Shown here piece after piece: positions 31,912 through 44,442 of a stretch of 64,000 nt of DNA (position 1 is its first letter; each line of letters opens with the position of its first letter). The position numbers and the translations under genes were made by a program. Source of the DNA: Diplonema japonicum (taxonomy: Eukaryota; Protista; Euglenozoa: Diplonemea); contig OZ025685.1 in the NCBI GenBank assembly GCA_964019335.1, positions 1 through 64,000 on the forward strand, read 5' to 3'. The notes below the pieces were generated by a model. That model saw only the letters and a program-made list of their open reading frames with translations, had not been told where the DNA came from and made no database searches.

Positions 31912-32932
31912 CTACTTCCTGCTCTTCCTCCCCTTCACCTCCGAGGGTTGCATGATCTCCTGGTCATCCTCCTCCTCCTCTTCTTCTTCCTCCTCTTCTT
32001 CCTCTTCCTCCTCTTCTTCGTCGGACTCGCTCTCCTTCTTCTCCTCTTCGGACACAACCCTCGGGGGCCTGTCCACCTTCAAGCTGCCGCCCTCTTCTCT
32101 TATCAGTCCGGTCATTTTGGTGATTGCGTCGTTGACAAGACTGAAGCCCGCCTCTCTGTCCAGAGAGGACACCCTCAACACGTAGATGGGAGGAGCCACA
32201 AGGGTGATCTTCAGCGGTGTCTCTTCGGTGCCCATGCTCTGCCCTGTGAGCAGCACAGACTTCACTGCGTCGACACCTGCCTCAGTGTAGCATGACACTT
32301 CGATATCCGCCCTAATCCTGTACCTGGGCACTTTCAGCTTCTCAGTAATGTCCCTGATAAGCAGCTCCTGCCAGTGTGTTGCAGTTTGTTCCCCATTGGC
32401 ATACCTTGATCTCCGATTCCAGGTTCAGGGGGTCGAGGACCTTCTCGGGTGCGCCGTACGCCGTTTTGAACGCCTCAAAAGAGGACCCGAAGGTCTTGGC
32501 CAAGGGCCACGTCACTTTCTGGTACAGCTCCTCCAAGCTGCCGATAACCCCACACTGCTTGGCGACGTGCATCATGATTGAGTGGATCTGCTTGTTCTTC
32601 TGGTACCTCTCTTCGCACTTCCTGATGTCGTCGGGTGTCACCTTCTTCTTCGACAAGTCAATGTACCCCTTCTCCTTGTCCACCCTGAACACCTGCACCA
32701 CCTCCATCTTTCCTATCCTAAGGTGCTTACCAATACTCCTGATCCTCCTCCTCGACACCTCGGTCATGGGGATCATACCATCCACATTGTTGTACTCCAG
32801 AAGCTGCACATACACAGCAGCAGACTCGATGGTCTTCACCTTCACCATCACCAGATCATCGAGGTCGGGGTACTTGTTTTCATAGAACCTGCAGGTCCCG
32901 ATATCCTTATCGTTCGGCTTCTTGTCACCCAT
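31912..32932 (-). CDS. EIF2S1: Translation initiation factor eIF2 alpha; 2 exons
   Basis: CRFYENKYP, LLEYNNVDGMI, EVSRRRIRSI, VDKEKGYIDLSK; the 37-nt intron 32368-32404 joins the two ORFs in frame. Confidence 0.95.
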
Positions 32933-33073
32933 TTCGCTGTTTCCTGTAGAAGCTAAACACTAAGAAAATAACAAGAAGAGGAAGAAGAAGAAGAAGAACA
33001 AGAAACAAAATAGCATGTGTTTTCAGAAGAAAACTGCAAAAGAAAAGAATGAATAGAAGAGATCGAAAGAATA

Positions 33074-35311
33074 TTAGGCTGGCAAGCTTTCGCAATTTGA
33101 GTAAGCTGTGGACCGTGTGCTGACCGACCGAACAGATGACCTTGAGTGACTCCCCGTTGACCCTTCTGTGCTTTGCCGCAATCGGGGTGTCATGGCCAGT
33201 AGATCTTCCATGGACCGCGACACGGGGTCATCGTCCGGGTCATCGAGTGCCCTGGCATTTTTTGGGGGCCGGAGGGACCGCTTGGGGAGAAGGCGAGGAC
33301 TGCCGGAACACGTTGAGGGGGTAGTATTATTGTTGTGAACTGGGCTCCCCGAACAGCTCCCAGGTGGGGTTGACTGTGATTGACGTAGGAAACCAGACTG
33401 AGACAAGTCAGTGTGGCTTATCATCGAGCGGGAATTGGACAGGGAGCTCTGCCGAGAAAAACTTGACTTGGAGCGTTTCTGCCGCTCTTCAAAATTGACC
33501 ATTTTGTCTTTCCTCTCACCGCCTATGTTCGACATGGTGGTGGCGTCGCCTTGTTGGAAAAGGAAGAACCCCATCCCGCTGCTCCCTTCTCTCAGGATTA
33601 CTGACCCCTGTGACCCCAGTCCACTGCTGCTGCCGCTTTCGGACGGCTCTGCAAACCCATAACTTGCATGGTACGTCATCCACGCAGCAGACTTTCTCCT
33701 CGACGCGATGTGGTCCAAGAGGTACGGGTGCGAAGACCTGTGAGTGGATGTACTTTTGTTTTGTTTCACATACAAGACAGCCTGGAAGTCAGACTTGTGT
33801 AACACGAATAGAGTGCATAAAGTGCTTGTCGTGATAGTGCTTGAATGGATGAAAGGCATCAGAAGTGCCTTCTCACCATAACGATCTCCTGCAGCGAGGA
33901 CTTCAACGAGGCTGTCCGTTTCGTTGATGACGAGCAGCTCACCGGATACTATGAACAAGCACTCTTCACCCTTTTCACCAGCGTTGAGCACCTTGATGTT
34001 CGGCAGCAAGACCCTTGGCACCAAGCAGCTGTACAAGTCGTCCATCATCTGCGGATCGTCGACACCTTCGAACAGGGGCAGCTTCGAGAGGGTCTGTCTG
34101 CCCAACTCTTTGCGCACCCTGTCAAGCAGCTGCTCAGGGAGGTCATCCAATATGTCCGATGCGCCAATTGTACCGGCCATTTTGAATACGTAGTAGTAAT
34201 AAGACTTGATCTCTTCCCTGTACTGCTTAGGTAGCCCTATTTCCTTCAAGGCGTCGCTCACTTCGTCTAACTTCTTAACCAATCTGTCTCTTGGGTTTCT
34301 TTTTGCCTTTTCCACAATCCCAGCAGAAACAGTTGCCAGTATAATAGCATACAGCAAGGCACCGATCACAGCAATGCATAACATGAGCAGCACCTGATTA
34401 TCGGAGGTGGGAAAGGTCCCTGTCGAGCCGTAACCAGACATGTGTTTGACGGTCCAGTCGCACCCCAGGAGCCACCTGTGGAGCGCAGAGTAGTTCTGCA
34501 CATTCGAGACTTGTGTCATAGAGTGGTAGGACTTCATGTCGGACTTAAGGACAAGTTCCCAGGCGCAGGCAGAGGTGTGGATAAGGAGGGCTACGGGACC
34601 TAAGGATTTCGACAGCCTGAAGGATGACATGTCTTCCGGGTTCTCCGTGTTTAACCACTTCCACCATTTCACAGGAGCAACAAGAGCCTTATTGATCCTG
34701 AGGTATTCTGACAGCCCTAGTGCCCATGCCACGACACCCGTGGGAACTGCTGTGAATAGGTCAAGCGCAAAACTCTTCGATGTTATGTATCTCTTAGCAA
34801 TGTGAAACTTTTTGTGCACCAAGATCCCGTTCTGCACATAAGGGGTGCCGAACTTGATCGCGACGTTTGCTACATAGATGAAATCAGCAAAGAGGTCGAA
34901 GGCTGTGCCATAGCCGCCATCGTCAGGTCTGAAGACGATGCGGAAAGGGATTAAGAACAGGTCAATAGTGGCGACCACAGAGATGATGGTGGTAAGGAGA
35001 GCATTCAAAGCTAAGGTGCAGCGGGAATACGCTTGGAGCCGCTCCTCTTTCCGCTGCCTGTCAACAAATGCAGACTCCTTTTCGAGCCTTGCAGTGAATC
35101 GAGCTCTTTGAATGTGCTTTGCGACAAGTTGCCTTAGCTTCCTATTTTCCTCAAATAAGTGATTGGGCCCTTCATCTGACACAGGAGAATTCAAATTCGG
35201 GCTGCCTTCTTCGGACTTCGCCCTCGTAGATTCGCTATCTATTTCTGAACCGGCAATGTGTATGAGGCTGTTTGCACTCACTATTTGCTCTTCTACATTG
35301 TCCAATGACAT
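33074..35311 (-). CDS. Cyclic-nucleotide-regulated ion channel (CNG/HCN/EAG-like)
   Basis: TM segments, pore motif MSGYGS, C-linker (ILDDLPEQL) and cNMP-binding domain (GEKGEECLFIVSGEL...GDRYGEKALL). ATG 35311 follows a pyrimidine tract and AG; probable in-frame 36-nt intron 33738-33773. Confidence 0.85.
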   Translation of the reverse strand: MSLDNVEEQIVSANSLIHIAGSEIDSESTRAKSEEGSPNLNSPVSDEGPNHLFEENRKLRQLVAKHIQRARFTARLEKESAFVDRQRKEERLQAYSRCTLALNALLTTIISVVATIDLFLIPFRIVFRPDDGGYGTAFDLFADFIYVANVAIKFGTPYVQNGILVHKKFHIAKRYITSKSFALDLFTAVPTGVVAWALGLSEYLRINKALVAPVKWWKWLNTENPEDMSSFRLSKSLGPVALLIHTSACAWELVLKSDMKSYHSMTQVSNVQNYSALHRWLLGCDWTVKHMSGYGSTGTFPTSDNQVLLMLCIAVIGALLYAIILATVSAGIVEKAKRNPRDRLVKKLDEVSDALKEIGLPKQYREEIKSYYYYVFKMAGTIGASDILDDLPEQLLDRVRKELGRQTLSKLPLFEGVDDPQMMDDLYSCLVPRVLLPNIKVLNAGEKGEECLFIVSGELLVINETDSLVEVLAAGDRYGEKALLMPFIHSSTITTSTLCTLFVLHKSDFQAVLYVKQNKSTSTHRSSHPYLLDHIASRRKSAAWMTYHASYGFAEPSESGSSSGLGSQGSVILREGSSGMGFFLFQQGDATTMSNIGGERKDKMVNFEERQKRSKSSFSRQSSLSNSRSMISHTDLSQSGFLRQSQSTPPGSCSGSPVHNNNTTPSTCSGSPRLLPKRSLRPPKNARALDDPDDDPVSRSMEDLLAMTPRLRQSTEGSTGSHSRSSVRSVSTRSTAYSNCESLPA

Positions 35312-35500
35312 TCCCGTTCTGTAAGCATATGGGTGGAGGACTAATTTGAAATACTGAAAAAACAGGAGCAAGAAGGCAAGATGTGACAACTGGCATCTGG
35401 TCGGCAAAGAGGCCGACAAAGGTCTACTGGCGGATATCTCTTACGAAGCATTACCCTAATTGACCTAGGAAGCTCACAAATGACTTCTCGGGCAGGTATG

Positions 35501-38053
35501 TCATCCTTCGCCGTCGTCGTTACCTGACGTGATCGCAACGTCTGCTTTGGGTGCCTGCGGGGTGTTGTGTGTGTGCTGTGTGATACCTGTCTTGTTGCAC
35601 TGCCGAGAGCGTTCAGGGATGAGATGATCTCATCAAGGTGCCCTGACAGGCCGTGGAAGTTGTGTAGAATGTAGTTCATAGACTCGTTGTCTTTGTAGAT
35701 CTCTTCAACGATCCCAAAGAACTCGTTTGACGTGTAGCGCTGTAATTCCTCATGCAGGGCGTCAGTGCCCTCCGATCTGTTTGAGTCGGATAGGTGTGTG
35801 TACACGAAGTAATGGTGCACCAGAAATGTCAGACCATTGAGCCAGTACGTCCACTGCCTCCCGTAGAACAGGGTAATAAACAACGTTCCTGTAACTACAC
35901 CCGTTGCCTTCTCTCTTGACTCGAACACTAGCATGTGTGGAGATTTAACACCCAAGAACGCAAGCTTCGAAAGATCTAAATCAGCAACAGCCTCTTCCCA
36001 TGAAGTGGCACGCTTCAAGACCTGCTTCCTGAGCACGTCCCAGTCAGACACGCCACTGATCAGTTTGTGGTTCAGGTTGTCGAAGACGCCCTTCTTCTCC
36101 TTTCTGCAGCACATGCTTGAGATGTAAAACTCATGTGTCGTAGAAAAGTCATCGTACAACTTCTTGATGATGAGCGGCAGGAAGCCCATTTGTGACTCGT
36201 GGTACACATTGTCCTTCCCTATCACCGTCTGCGACTTTCCACTGTATGGCATCCCCGCGCATGTAATGGTGACTTTCTTCCCGGGCGTCTTGCCACGCAT
36301 CAGTGTATGTATCACTGGATAGCCGATACGCCTGAACAGCTCCTTCGGTGTTGTCTTCTCGTTGAAAAACACGTCAAACTTAAACGTACGTTGTTCGGGT
36401 ACAGATTCCATTACAGCTTCCTGTGAACTAAGGTCCAACGTGATCAGCCCGTCGGGTGTGCCCGAAATCTTTACGTAGTTAGCTGCATCCTCTGTCATCA
36501 TGCTCTCGGAGCCCAACCTAGTGTTATAAAGTGAGGGGGGTGACACGAGGCCCTTCGGTCCCTGGTTTCCTGATGCTTGCAGAGGAGACTCCATCGAAGC
36601 AGACATTAGGTTGCTGGAGCTGTTGGTCGGTTCTATCGCACCGTCACGCCTCTCGAAAGTAGTGAAGAAGCCCTTCGCTACAACATCGTTGCAGTGGTGC
36701 ACAGCAATGAACAGCCCACACATGTCGTCCTGTTCGTCATCTGTCTCGTCTGCCTCGTCGGGAGTCTTCAACACCATCAGCTTAGGGGTTGGTGTAAACC
36801 ACCCTTCCGGCGGCTCACGTGCACCACCTACAGCCTTCGCTGGTGATACTTGCACCTGTGGGCTCTTCTTCAATTTTGACATTGATTTGCTGCTACTAGG
36901 GTTAGCAGCTAAGCCCAAGATGGGCGACGCAGATGGGACCGCAACTGCTGCTGTGGAAGCGCTAGGCTGCATAGGGGGGCTGGCAATAGCAGGATCCCCT
37001 AAGATGAGCTCGGTGTCTATCCTTGTTGAGTCTAAGTTGGTGGTTTTGAACAGCATGTCCATCGTTGACAAAACAGGTTGTGTGTCCTCATCCTCGTCTT
37101 CTTCTTCCAGCTCTTCATCCTCTTCGTAGTCCTCTTCATCTTCGTCGTGCTCGTTCAGGAATGGGTGGTGCGGGGGTTTGAGAAGTTCGACACAAGTGGC
37201 TCTTTTTTTCACGTCCCTTTGAAGACACCCGACTAAAAAGTTCTGACAATCATCTGAGAGAAAGTCGGGAATTGGTGGTGTCACCTCAGATTCTGCAACC
37301 TGTTTGATAAAGTCCCTGACGTCTGTATAAGTAATGACACCCACCCAAGGGGTTTTTGCGGTGCACAGCTCTAGCAGCGTGCACCCAAGCGACCATATGT
37401 CTGCAGCAAATGTGTGTTTGCCCCTAATCGCTTCCGGTGCTACGTAAGCCGGCGTTCCTACAAATTTTGTTTCATGGAGGCCTTCTGCTCCATCCTGTAC
37501 TTTCTTGGAAGCACCAAAATCAGCCAATTTTACAGTAGCGTCGATAGAGACGAGAAGGTTTGCAGGCTTGATGTCACGATGCATGACGCCGTTTCTGTGC
37601 AGATACTCGAGGCCACACAGCACCTGTCTCATGTATGTTCTGCAGACATGTTCGCTGAGCCTGCCGTATTGTTTGACGATACTTGCAAGGGACCCACCAT
37701 CGATGTACTCCAGGTAGATACGGAGCACTGTGTTGTCCCTGTTGTACTCGAAGTCAATGTACCGTACGATGTTCTTGTGAGACAGTTTCTGTAGCAAGTC
37801 GAACTCATTCCTCACTTCTTCATCGCTGTTCAAGTTCTCCACCCGAACCTCTTTGATGGCCACAAACTGCCCCGTCAACTGATCAATACCCTGGTACACA
37901 GTTCCAAAGGCACCTTGACCTAACTGCCGCCCCTTTCGATACCTACCTAACCCCTTCCTCTGCCTGGCCAGGGCATGCCGTGTTGACTGTAGTTTGTATT
38001 TGGTTTTGCTTGCAACATACCTTTCCCTCTTCTGTGTCGGCCACAGTTGACAT
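35501..38053 (-). CDS. STE11/MAP3K-like protein kinase fused to a degenerate kinesin-motor-like domain
   Basis: LGQGAFGTVY, VAIKE, HRDIKPAN, DFG and GTPAYVAPE; then TFKFDVFF...TITCAGMPYSGKSQT...GFLPLII. Introns 37987-38020 and probably 35555-35586; the 3' end is less certain. Confidence 0.82.
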
Positions 38054-38223
38054 TCTCAGACCTTGCTCCTGCAAAAGATCATTACATGTCCATGAGACAG
38101 TGTTTTAAAATGATAACAAACTAAACACTAAATGCAACACTAATCCCAATATCCCAGAGGCTATCGCCTCCTAGTTGGATAAACAGGAGAGCATTTATGA
38201 TCTAAGTTTTAGTCTGTAGGGGA

Positions 38224-41200
38224 CTAAGGGGTAGTTTTGCTCCAGAGGTCCAAAAGCTCGGTAACTCTGCACTGAAATAGCACCTCGAGTTGCGTCGCTT
38301 GGGTGTCGTCGATTTGTTTGAGCCTTTCTGCTGCAGCAAAGGTCAAGGTGTCGAGCAGGGTCACGGGCAGCACCGCTGCGGCTGTAAAAGCGTCCGTTGT
38401 TTTCCCAACCAGCTGCCATCTAAGGTACTCTGATGCGCACATGACAGCCTCTGCCATGCAGACTAGCATCCCGCTTCGCATGTATTCCCTGATAAGGAGA
38501 TCAGGTCTGTTAAATTTCAGAGGTCGTGATGCCCTGCTTGGCGGCAACTGTGCCCCACCGCATTCCTTAAGGAAGACTTCAATCATCACCACATGGTACT
38601 TCCACTGCACTTCTTCGATTGAATACCTCTCGAGCAGCAGCAGCACTTCGTTCCACAACTTGTCCTGAGATGGCTATTAAAAACGTATCAATGCATACCT
38701 TGGTCGTGTTGCTCACAGTCATGTTGTCAACAGCTAAACAGGCCTTGGTGGCCTCCATAAACAGGCGTTGTTGGTCCAGCTTCCATGAATCAGCAAAAGT
38801 TGCCTGTTTTTTTTTTTTACCCCCCCTTTTTTTCTGGAGAGAAACAACAGAACAGGGTAACTTCAAGTTGAATTTGACGCAGCTCCCCTGGCTAGGGGTT
38901 ACACTTTTGTCTAACTCCCAGTTTGTGGTTCATCCAGGTTTCACAATTCTTAAAAACAAAACGGTGGATGAAAGTTAGGTATTCAAAAGTTACCCTGTTC
39001 TGTTGTTTCTCTCGAAGTAATAAGGGATAACATACAGCCTGAACGAAGAGTTTTCTGGAGAGTAACATCTCCTGTATCTGTTCCCAGGTTGATTGTTGTA
39101 GTTGGAGTGCTGTATGGATTGTCGTTAATTAATAACAGCAGCATACGAGTAATCGACGCATCTCCAGCTCGCAGCAAGGCTAGTTCTGCCTCCACAGTTA
39201 CCCTTCTATTCTCTAGATCTTGGATTGTTACGATTTCTTGTTCCTCCTGCTTTGGAGACAGAGGGTCGTCGCCTAACAAACTCAGGGAGTCTCTTTTTCC
39301 GACTTTCAGGAAGTTGATAGACATTGACAACGCGCGCGCCGCTGCCTCGATGTCTGTCACCCCTGCACGTGGTGCGGCTCTGCAGTGTTCATGTCATGCT
39401 TTATGGTATGGGATACCTTATTTTTTCAGCGATTCTAAAGGTGGCTCTCGCAGCAGCGCAGTATTCGGATCGGTAAGCGAGGAACTGTCAGTGTCGATGT
39501 AATACCACTTTACACACCTGCGCAAGGACGTGGAAATAGTTAGGACCACCATGTCTGCCCGTCAAGTCGGTACTGAATTTATCATTCCCTCTTGACCACA
39601 GCGCCTTGCAGATGATGGAGGAAGGCTGCGCGTGATACGCATGATCACTAAGCAGCGACAGGGATGAGGATGTGGTGTTGCAGCGGGTCACTACAGGCAT
39701 GAGACCTGCAAAGCTAACAAGAAGAAGGAGAGGCCTGCTTTCCGTTCTGAGCGCATCTTGCACCGCAGCGACACTTATCTGGTACTTTTCCGATGCGGGC
39801 GTGGTCTGTATTCTGAGGACCGTGTTTGAGATTTCGGAAGCATCACAGCCATGGACCTTCTTAAGGGCAACACCGTGCCCACAACTTACCACAGATATCA
39901 CAATGTCCCTGTGTGGTTGTTCTGTAAGTTTGTGCCAACATACCCCGCAGCATCCCTGGCCGCCGCGTACCTTTCGGTCAGGCCATTCCTTGCAGGGAGT
40001 GTCACTGTGAGCAAAGAAGCAGAGGGATCTTGGTTGCTGATGTCTAGCTCGATTGGCGATATCTGCAGTGGTAGTGGAATAACTGAAAAAGAATTACAAC
40101 ACACCATCTTGTTGGTCCAGTTTGCTGCGATGAAGCGTTGGATGGACAAGCTGCCCGATGTCACAAGCGTCTCCACCAACGCTGAGAGGTGCTGTTCCGT
40201 GACACGGATATCGGGGCAGCTCAGCACCGTTCTGAATACGGTATCCCAATTGCTGCTTTTATCCAACAATGTATTGTTGCTAGCAACCTGCGCAGCCTTT
40301 CCGCATCTATCTAAGGCAGCGTCGAAAGACCACTTATTCACTTTCGTGACGATGTCCCATGACTGCTGGGACCAAACTGGCACCTCGCTGAGCAGCCTTT
40401 CAACAGGTGGCATTACTGCCACAGCGGCAGCGCGTACAGCAACAGCCATCGACGTGCTTCGGCTCAAAAGATCTATGTTATCCAGTCTCCTGCTGTCGTC
40501 GAGGAAAACAAGTGCACACGCCGAGAGGTACAGATAAAGTGTGACAGTGTCAACTCCAAGAGAAGCAATGCCCCAGTCGCAATTCAAAGTACACGGAAGC
40601 AGTGATACGATGAAATGCAAGAACATCGTCTGCTCTCCCGCCGAAAGGCTCGTAATGGACTCAGCAACAGGGAAGAAGCCTTGCGTTTGGTCACTTTCTA
40701 AGACCATGAGGTTGGCGCAGATGTGCTTAATCACCAAAGATTTGTAGTCCTCCGTAACTGTTGTGCAGCGCAGGTTGAGTATAGCCTGGATGTGTCCCGG
40801 AGTGGTCACGGGAGAAGAAAGTAGAGAGATGAGCAACGCAGAAGGAGACGCATTATCAATGCTCATAAGCATGTGTATGATGTCGCGTAAAGAGTTGAAG
40901 AGATTTGTCGAAGTGAGAGGGGCATTGATGAGGTAGGCAAGCAGAGCTGTCTGCACACGTTCGGCAGCGAGAACAGCGTGCACATGCGTGTACAGCACGA
41001 CACTGTCGATAGCTTGCTGGTGCTGCTTCTTCACCTCCACAAATTCGTCACCTACAGCAATGTGTCTTGCAACAGACAGCAATGCAGCTCTGTGCAATGA
41101 CAGCAGCAACATCGAGAAAGCAATCTGCTGAGCAGTGCCAAACGCTGCAAGGGGTGTATCTGATACTTCTCGTGTGTAGCCTTGGTCCACTCGACGACGT

Positions 41201-42435
41201 ATTTCCGCAGCGATCTTCAAAATGCTGCAAATATCCACCTGCACCACCTCATGCTGTCTGTCGTTCTCGTTCTCCATGAAGAGCAGGAACTCAACGTCAA
41301 CAAGCAAAGAAGGGAGGTCATCCGCATTTGCAGACAGTAGCTTCACAAGCAAAGTGTCGATTACAGGAGCTGCAAGACTGATGACGGTGTCTGCTTGTTT
41401 CCACAACCTGAGAAACTCACCTTGGTGAATGCCTTTATTGCTCACAACGCTGTAACTTATGAAGGGATGATCCAAAGGTTCAGACGCCCCGAGCAGATCA
41501 TCAGGGTGTTCAGTAACACACTCGATAATGCCTTCGGTCTCTAATGGGTCAGCCTCCCTAAGTACACACATTCCCGACGGGCGCATGATGCAGCACACAT
41601 CAGATACGTCATCAGCAATATCACGACCATCGATCACACACAATCCCATTTCGCCTTGACCAGGTGAAGTGTATCCTAGAGCAGCTCTTTTTTTGCTCTC
41701 AAGATCCACCATTTGCCATTCCTTGGGAGTGCTCCCTTCTAGGGGGAGACGTGTAATGGCTAATTGCGGGCATGGCGCAGAAGGAAGAGCAGCGAAAAGT
41801 AAAGGTACAGAAAGGGATTCTTGTGTCGTGTGGTGGGGTTCAGCTTGCCAAACGATGTAAAGAGCTGTTGAAGTAGTGCGGATAGATGCTCTTGTTGGGG
41901 CTGAGGTTCTAATAGGGCATGGGAGAGAGGGCATCGCGGTGTGGGTGCAATCGATCAGGTTTACTTTAAAAGTGTGGACTGAGTTAGTGGGACGAACTTT
42001 GATGAATGCGACTATCAAGGTCTGCCCCGACACAGCTGTGCTGATGTCTGTATTGAACTGCACGTCGTTTGCAGTGTCCACGCTAAACCTCACAACCAAC
42101 TGGGGTTGTGCGTCCTTCTGAGCCTTATAAATCACAGCATCGTTTCCGTGAAGAGTTATAATTATGTGCCTGCTGGGGTCACACGGGTCGGAGCATGCAG
42201 CGACTGTCGTCACGTTTTTACTGCCACCAACCCACCCACTGAACTTAAGGGCAGGGCTATCTTTGTAGGAAAGGTCTTTCTGCTGGATGTCAATGATCTT
42301 AACTTCCGCCAGCGTACCATCTGTGTCCCGTTGGCCCCAGTAGCTGGTTCCGATGAATGCTTTTACAGATCCGTCTGGTTTTTGGATGAAATTACAACTT
42401 GTGACCCGTTGTGTGTTCCTATAAGTTTCTAGCAT
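38224..42435 (-). CDS. NUP160: Nucleoporin Nup160-like, multi-exon (5' end probably extends to ~42500 or beyond)
   Basis: Five ORF pieces are joinable by short GT-AG introns. The spliced C-terminus NYFHVLAQFLAYRSEYCAAA, VTIQDLE, LWNEVLLLLERY...KYHVVMIE...LP and LPVTLLDTL follows the Nup160 C-terminal pattern; N-terminus is beta-rich. Confidence 0.65.
38837..39013. mobile_element. MITE with 27-bp perfect TIRs inside a Nup160 intron
   Basis: GAGAGAAACAACAGAACAGGGTAACTT at 38837 and its reverse complement ending at 39013. Confidence 0.8.
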
Positions 42436-42730
42436 TGCCTTGCAACATACTGTAGAGGGATAGTAGGGAAGGGCGACTGGTTCGTCTCGATGTAGTTGTC
42501 GTACAGCTTAAGAGGAACGATTTTTAACTCACCTGTGTTAAGTGTTATAATAGGACAAAATGACTGACCCTGTTGAGAGTCTGGCTACGTACTTTATGCT
42601 TGCCTTGGATATTAATCACGCAATGCAAGCACAATTGGGCAAAAAAAAGAACACCAAAAGAAACGCCAGTGATTGGGGTACAAAAATTACACATTAGTAA
42701 GAGTATTTTACGGAAAAATACCTGCGTGAT

Positions 42731-43106
42731 GACTTAATTGAATTGAGGCTCCCGAAAGCCAAGACTTAATTGAATTTAGGCTCCCGAAAGCCCAACAAAT
42801 CCAGCAGATGGTGGGGTTTCACAGTAAGCTGGTTAATACTTCGCTTTCGAAACACCTCCAAGGTTCTTAAAATCTGAGAGGTCGTCTCTTATTACTAGAG
42901 GCGGCTAATGCCTCGAGGCCCCTGGTGGGTGGGATCGGTTTTGTCTTATAATGAAAAGAGCGTCGTGAGGGGGTCCAAGTAATGTACTACAGGGAACAGC
43001 GGACCAGGACTCCTCGACCAATACCTCAGCAACGGAGATTGCTTTTCACGAGTCGAGCTGTCAAACACCACTGCCGCCTGGTTGTGGAATATTTATTATT
43101 GTTATT
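42731..43106 (+). mobile_element. Old retroposon 3' fragment (element W), outermost member of the tRNA-Lys stack
   Basis: Ends CCGCCTGGTTGTGGAATATTTATTATT, nearly identical to the end of element Z (48781-48810). Flanked by CC(T/C)GCGTGAT at 42721-42730 and 43107-43116. Confidence 0.6.
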
Positions 43107-44059
43107 CCCGCGTGATTTCCTATAATTTTAGAATAAGTAACCAGTAACTTTTTCCCTTCCCCCATTGGTTTCCCTTTCTTTCCCTACCAGGCGCCTTTAC
43201 TAACAAACCAGCAGAGGTGGGTCCCTGTGGCTGGATAAATCAAAATTAGGGTACCCATCGCCGTCCTTTTATTTTGGGGTTGTCTTTATTTGGTGACGAG
43301 TGATGCCTTCGAGGCCCAAAAGCTACATGGCGGACACTACGTTAGCTGGGTCTGCTTCAGCTCAAAAGAGCACTTCTAGGAGTCTGCGGCTGTGACGCAG
43401 CAGTCGAGTGGTGGGGGTTCTTGCAAGAACGGGGATTGTGCCCCACTTTCTTGCAGTTGCCGCAGGTGTGTCCCCTCTCCTTCGCTCAGTTTCCTCTTAT
43501 CCCCCAACGAGGGTCTCCCCGTTCTTGAGTTACAACGGGGGGTTATCTTCACACACCCTGACAGAAGGCAGGCGGGGGGTGGCGTAATACATTAAACGCC
43601 AAGCGGCGACCCGCAAACACTTGGGAAGGAGATCCAAGTGGTTCTTGTGCCCCGCGGGCCACAGCACAAATGTGGACGCAGGGTGTTTTCAACACATCCA
43701 ACCCTGCAACATACTCAAACCCCCCCCCTGGGCACCACTCAGGGAAAGAGACTGTGGCCCTTTGAGCAGAACCCAAGGCCCACCTACGTTGTGTGCTTGC
43801 CACTTTCGAAACTGTGGCTTGCGTTGGTGGAGACAGCGGCGCAAATGCGCATGTTGCAATTGCCAACAGGGAAAGAAATGGTGGCACGGTTGTTTTTTCT
43901 GACGCTCTGCTTGGCTCTGCGTTCGTCAAACCCAAACAGGGCCACTGCCGTCCCCACAATTGTGGCGAAAACGGTGTCCTTGGCCAGAGGGTCAGTTAGA
44001 ACGCCGTGCAACGTGGTTGTGAATAAGGAAGAAGGCGAAATAAATCAAAGAAGGCTGTG

Positions 44060-44400
44060 GTAAGTAGTGATAAAGGTTTGGGAAGGTGGAAAAATTTTTC
44101 GAGAAAACCGTGGTGGTGGAAATAATTTTCGAAGTTACCGTGGAAGGTGGAAAAAGCCTTGGTGGTTACCGTGGATGGTGGGAAACATTTTTGAGGTTAC
44201 CGTGGATGGTGGAAATATGCCGCCAAGTTGCCGTGGTTGGTGGATTTCAAAAGTGGTTACCGTGGATGGTGGACAAAATATTTTGAAAACGTGTTTGGTG
44301 GATATGCAAGTTTCCGTGGACAATAGAGAAATATATTCGAGTTACCGTGGACAAAGGGCAAAAAACAGGTTACAGAGTTTGGTGGAAAATCCAAATTCAC
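44060..44400 (+). repeat. Degenerate minisatellite with GTTACCGTGGA core
   Basis: About 8 copies of (A/G)GTT(A/G/T)CCGTGG(A/T) at ~30-40-bp spacing. Confidence 0.75.
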
Positions 44401-44442
44401 TTGTTGTGTAGTTTTTCTCTTATTATTATTATTATTATTATT

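Noticed and set aside
31912-32932. Kinetoplastid-type eIF2-alpha peculiarity
   Set aside because: The canonical Ser51 context (EVSRRRIRS) is present and there is no long N-terminal extension.
33074-38053. Single kinase-kinesin-channel fusion gene
   Set aside because: The two ORFs overlap in different frames. A 32-nt intron gives the kinase a stop at 35501, and the channel has its own pyrimidine tract, AG and ATG (35311).
44060-44400. CRISPR-like repeat-spacer array
   Set aside because: Repeats are short and degenerate, spacers resemble each other, there are no cas genes and the context is eukaryotic.
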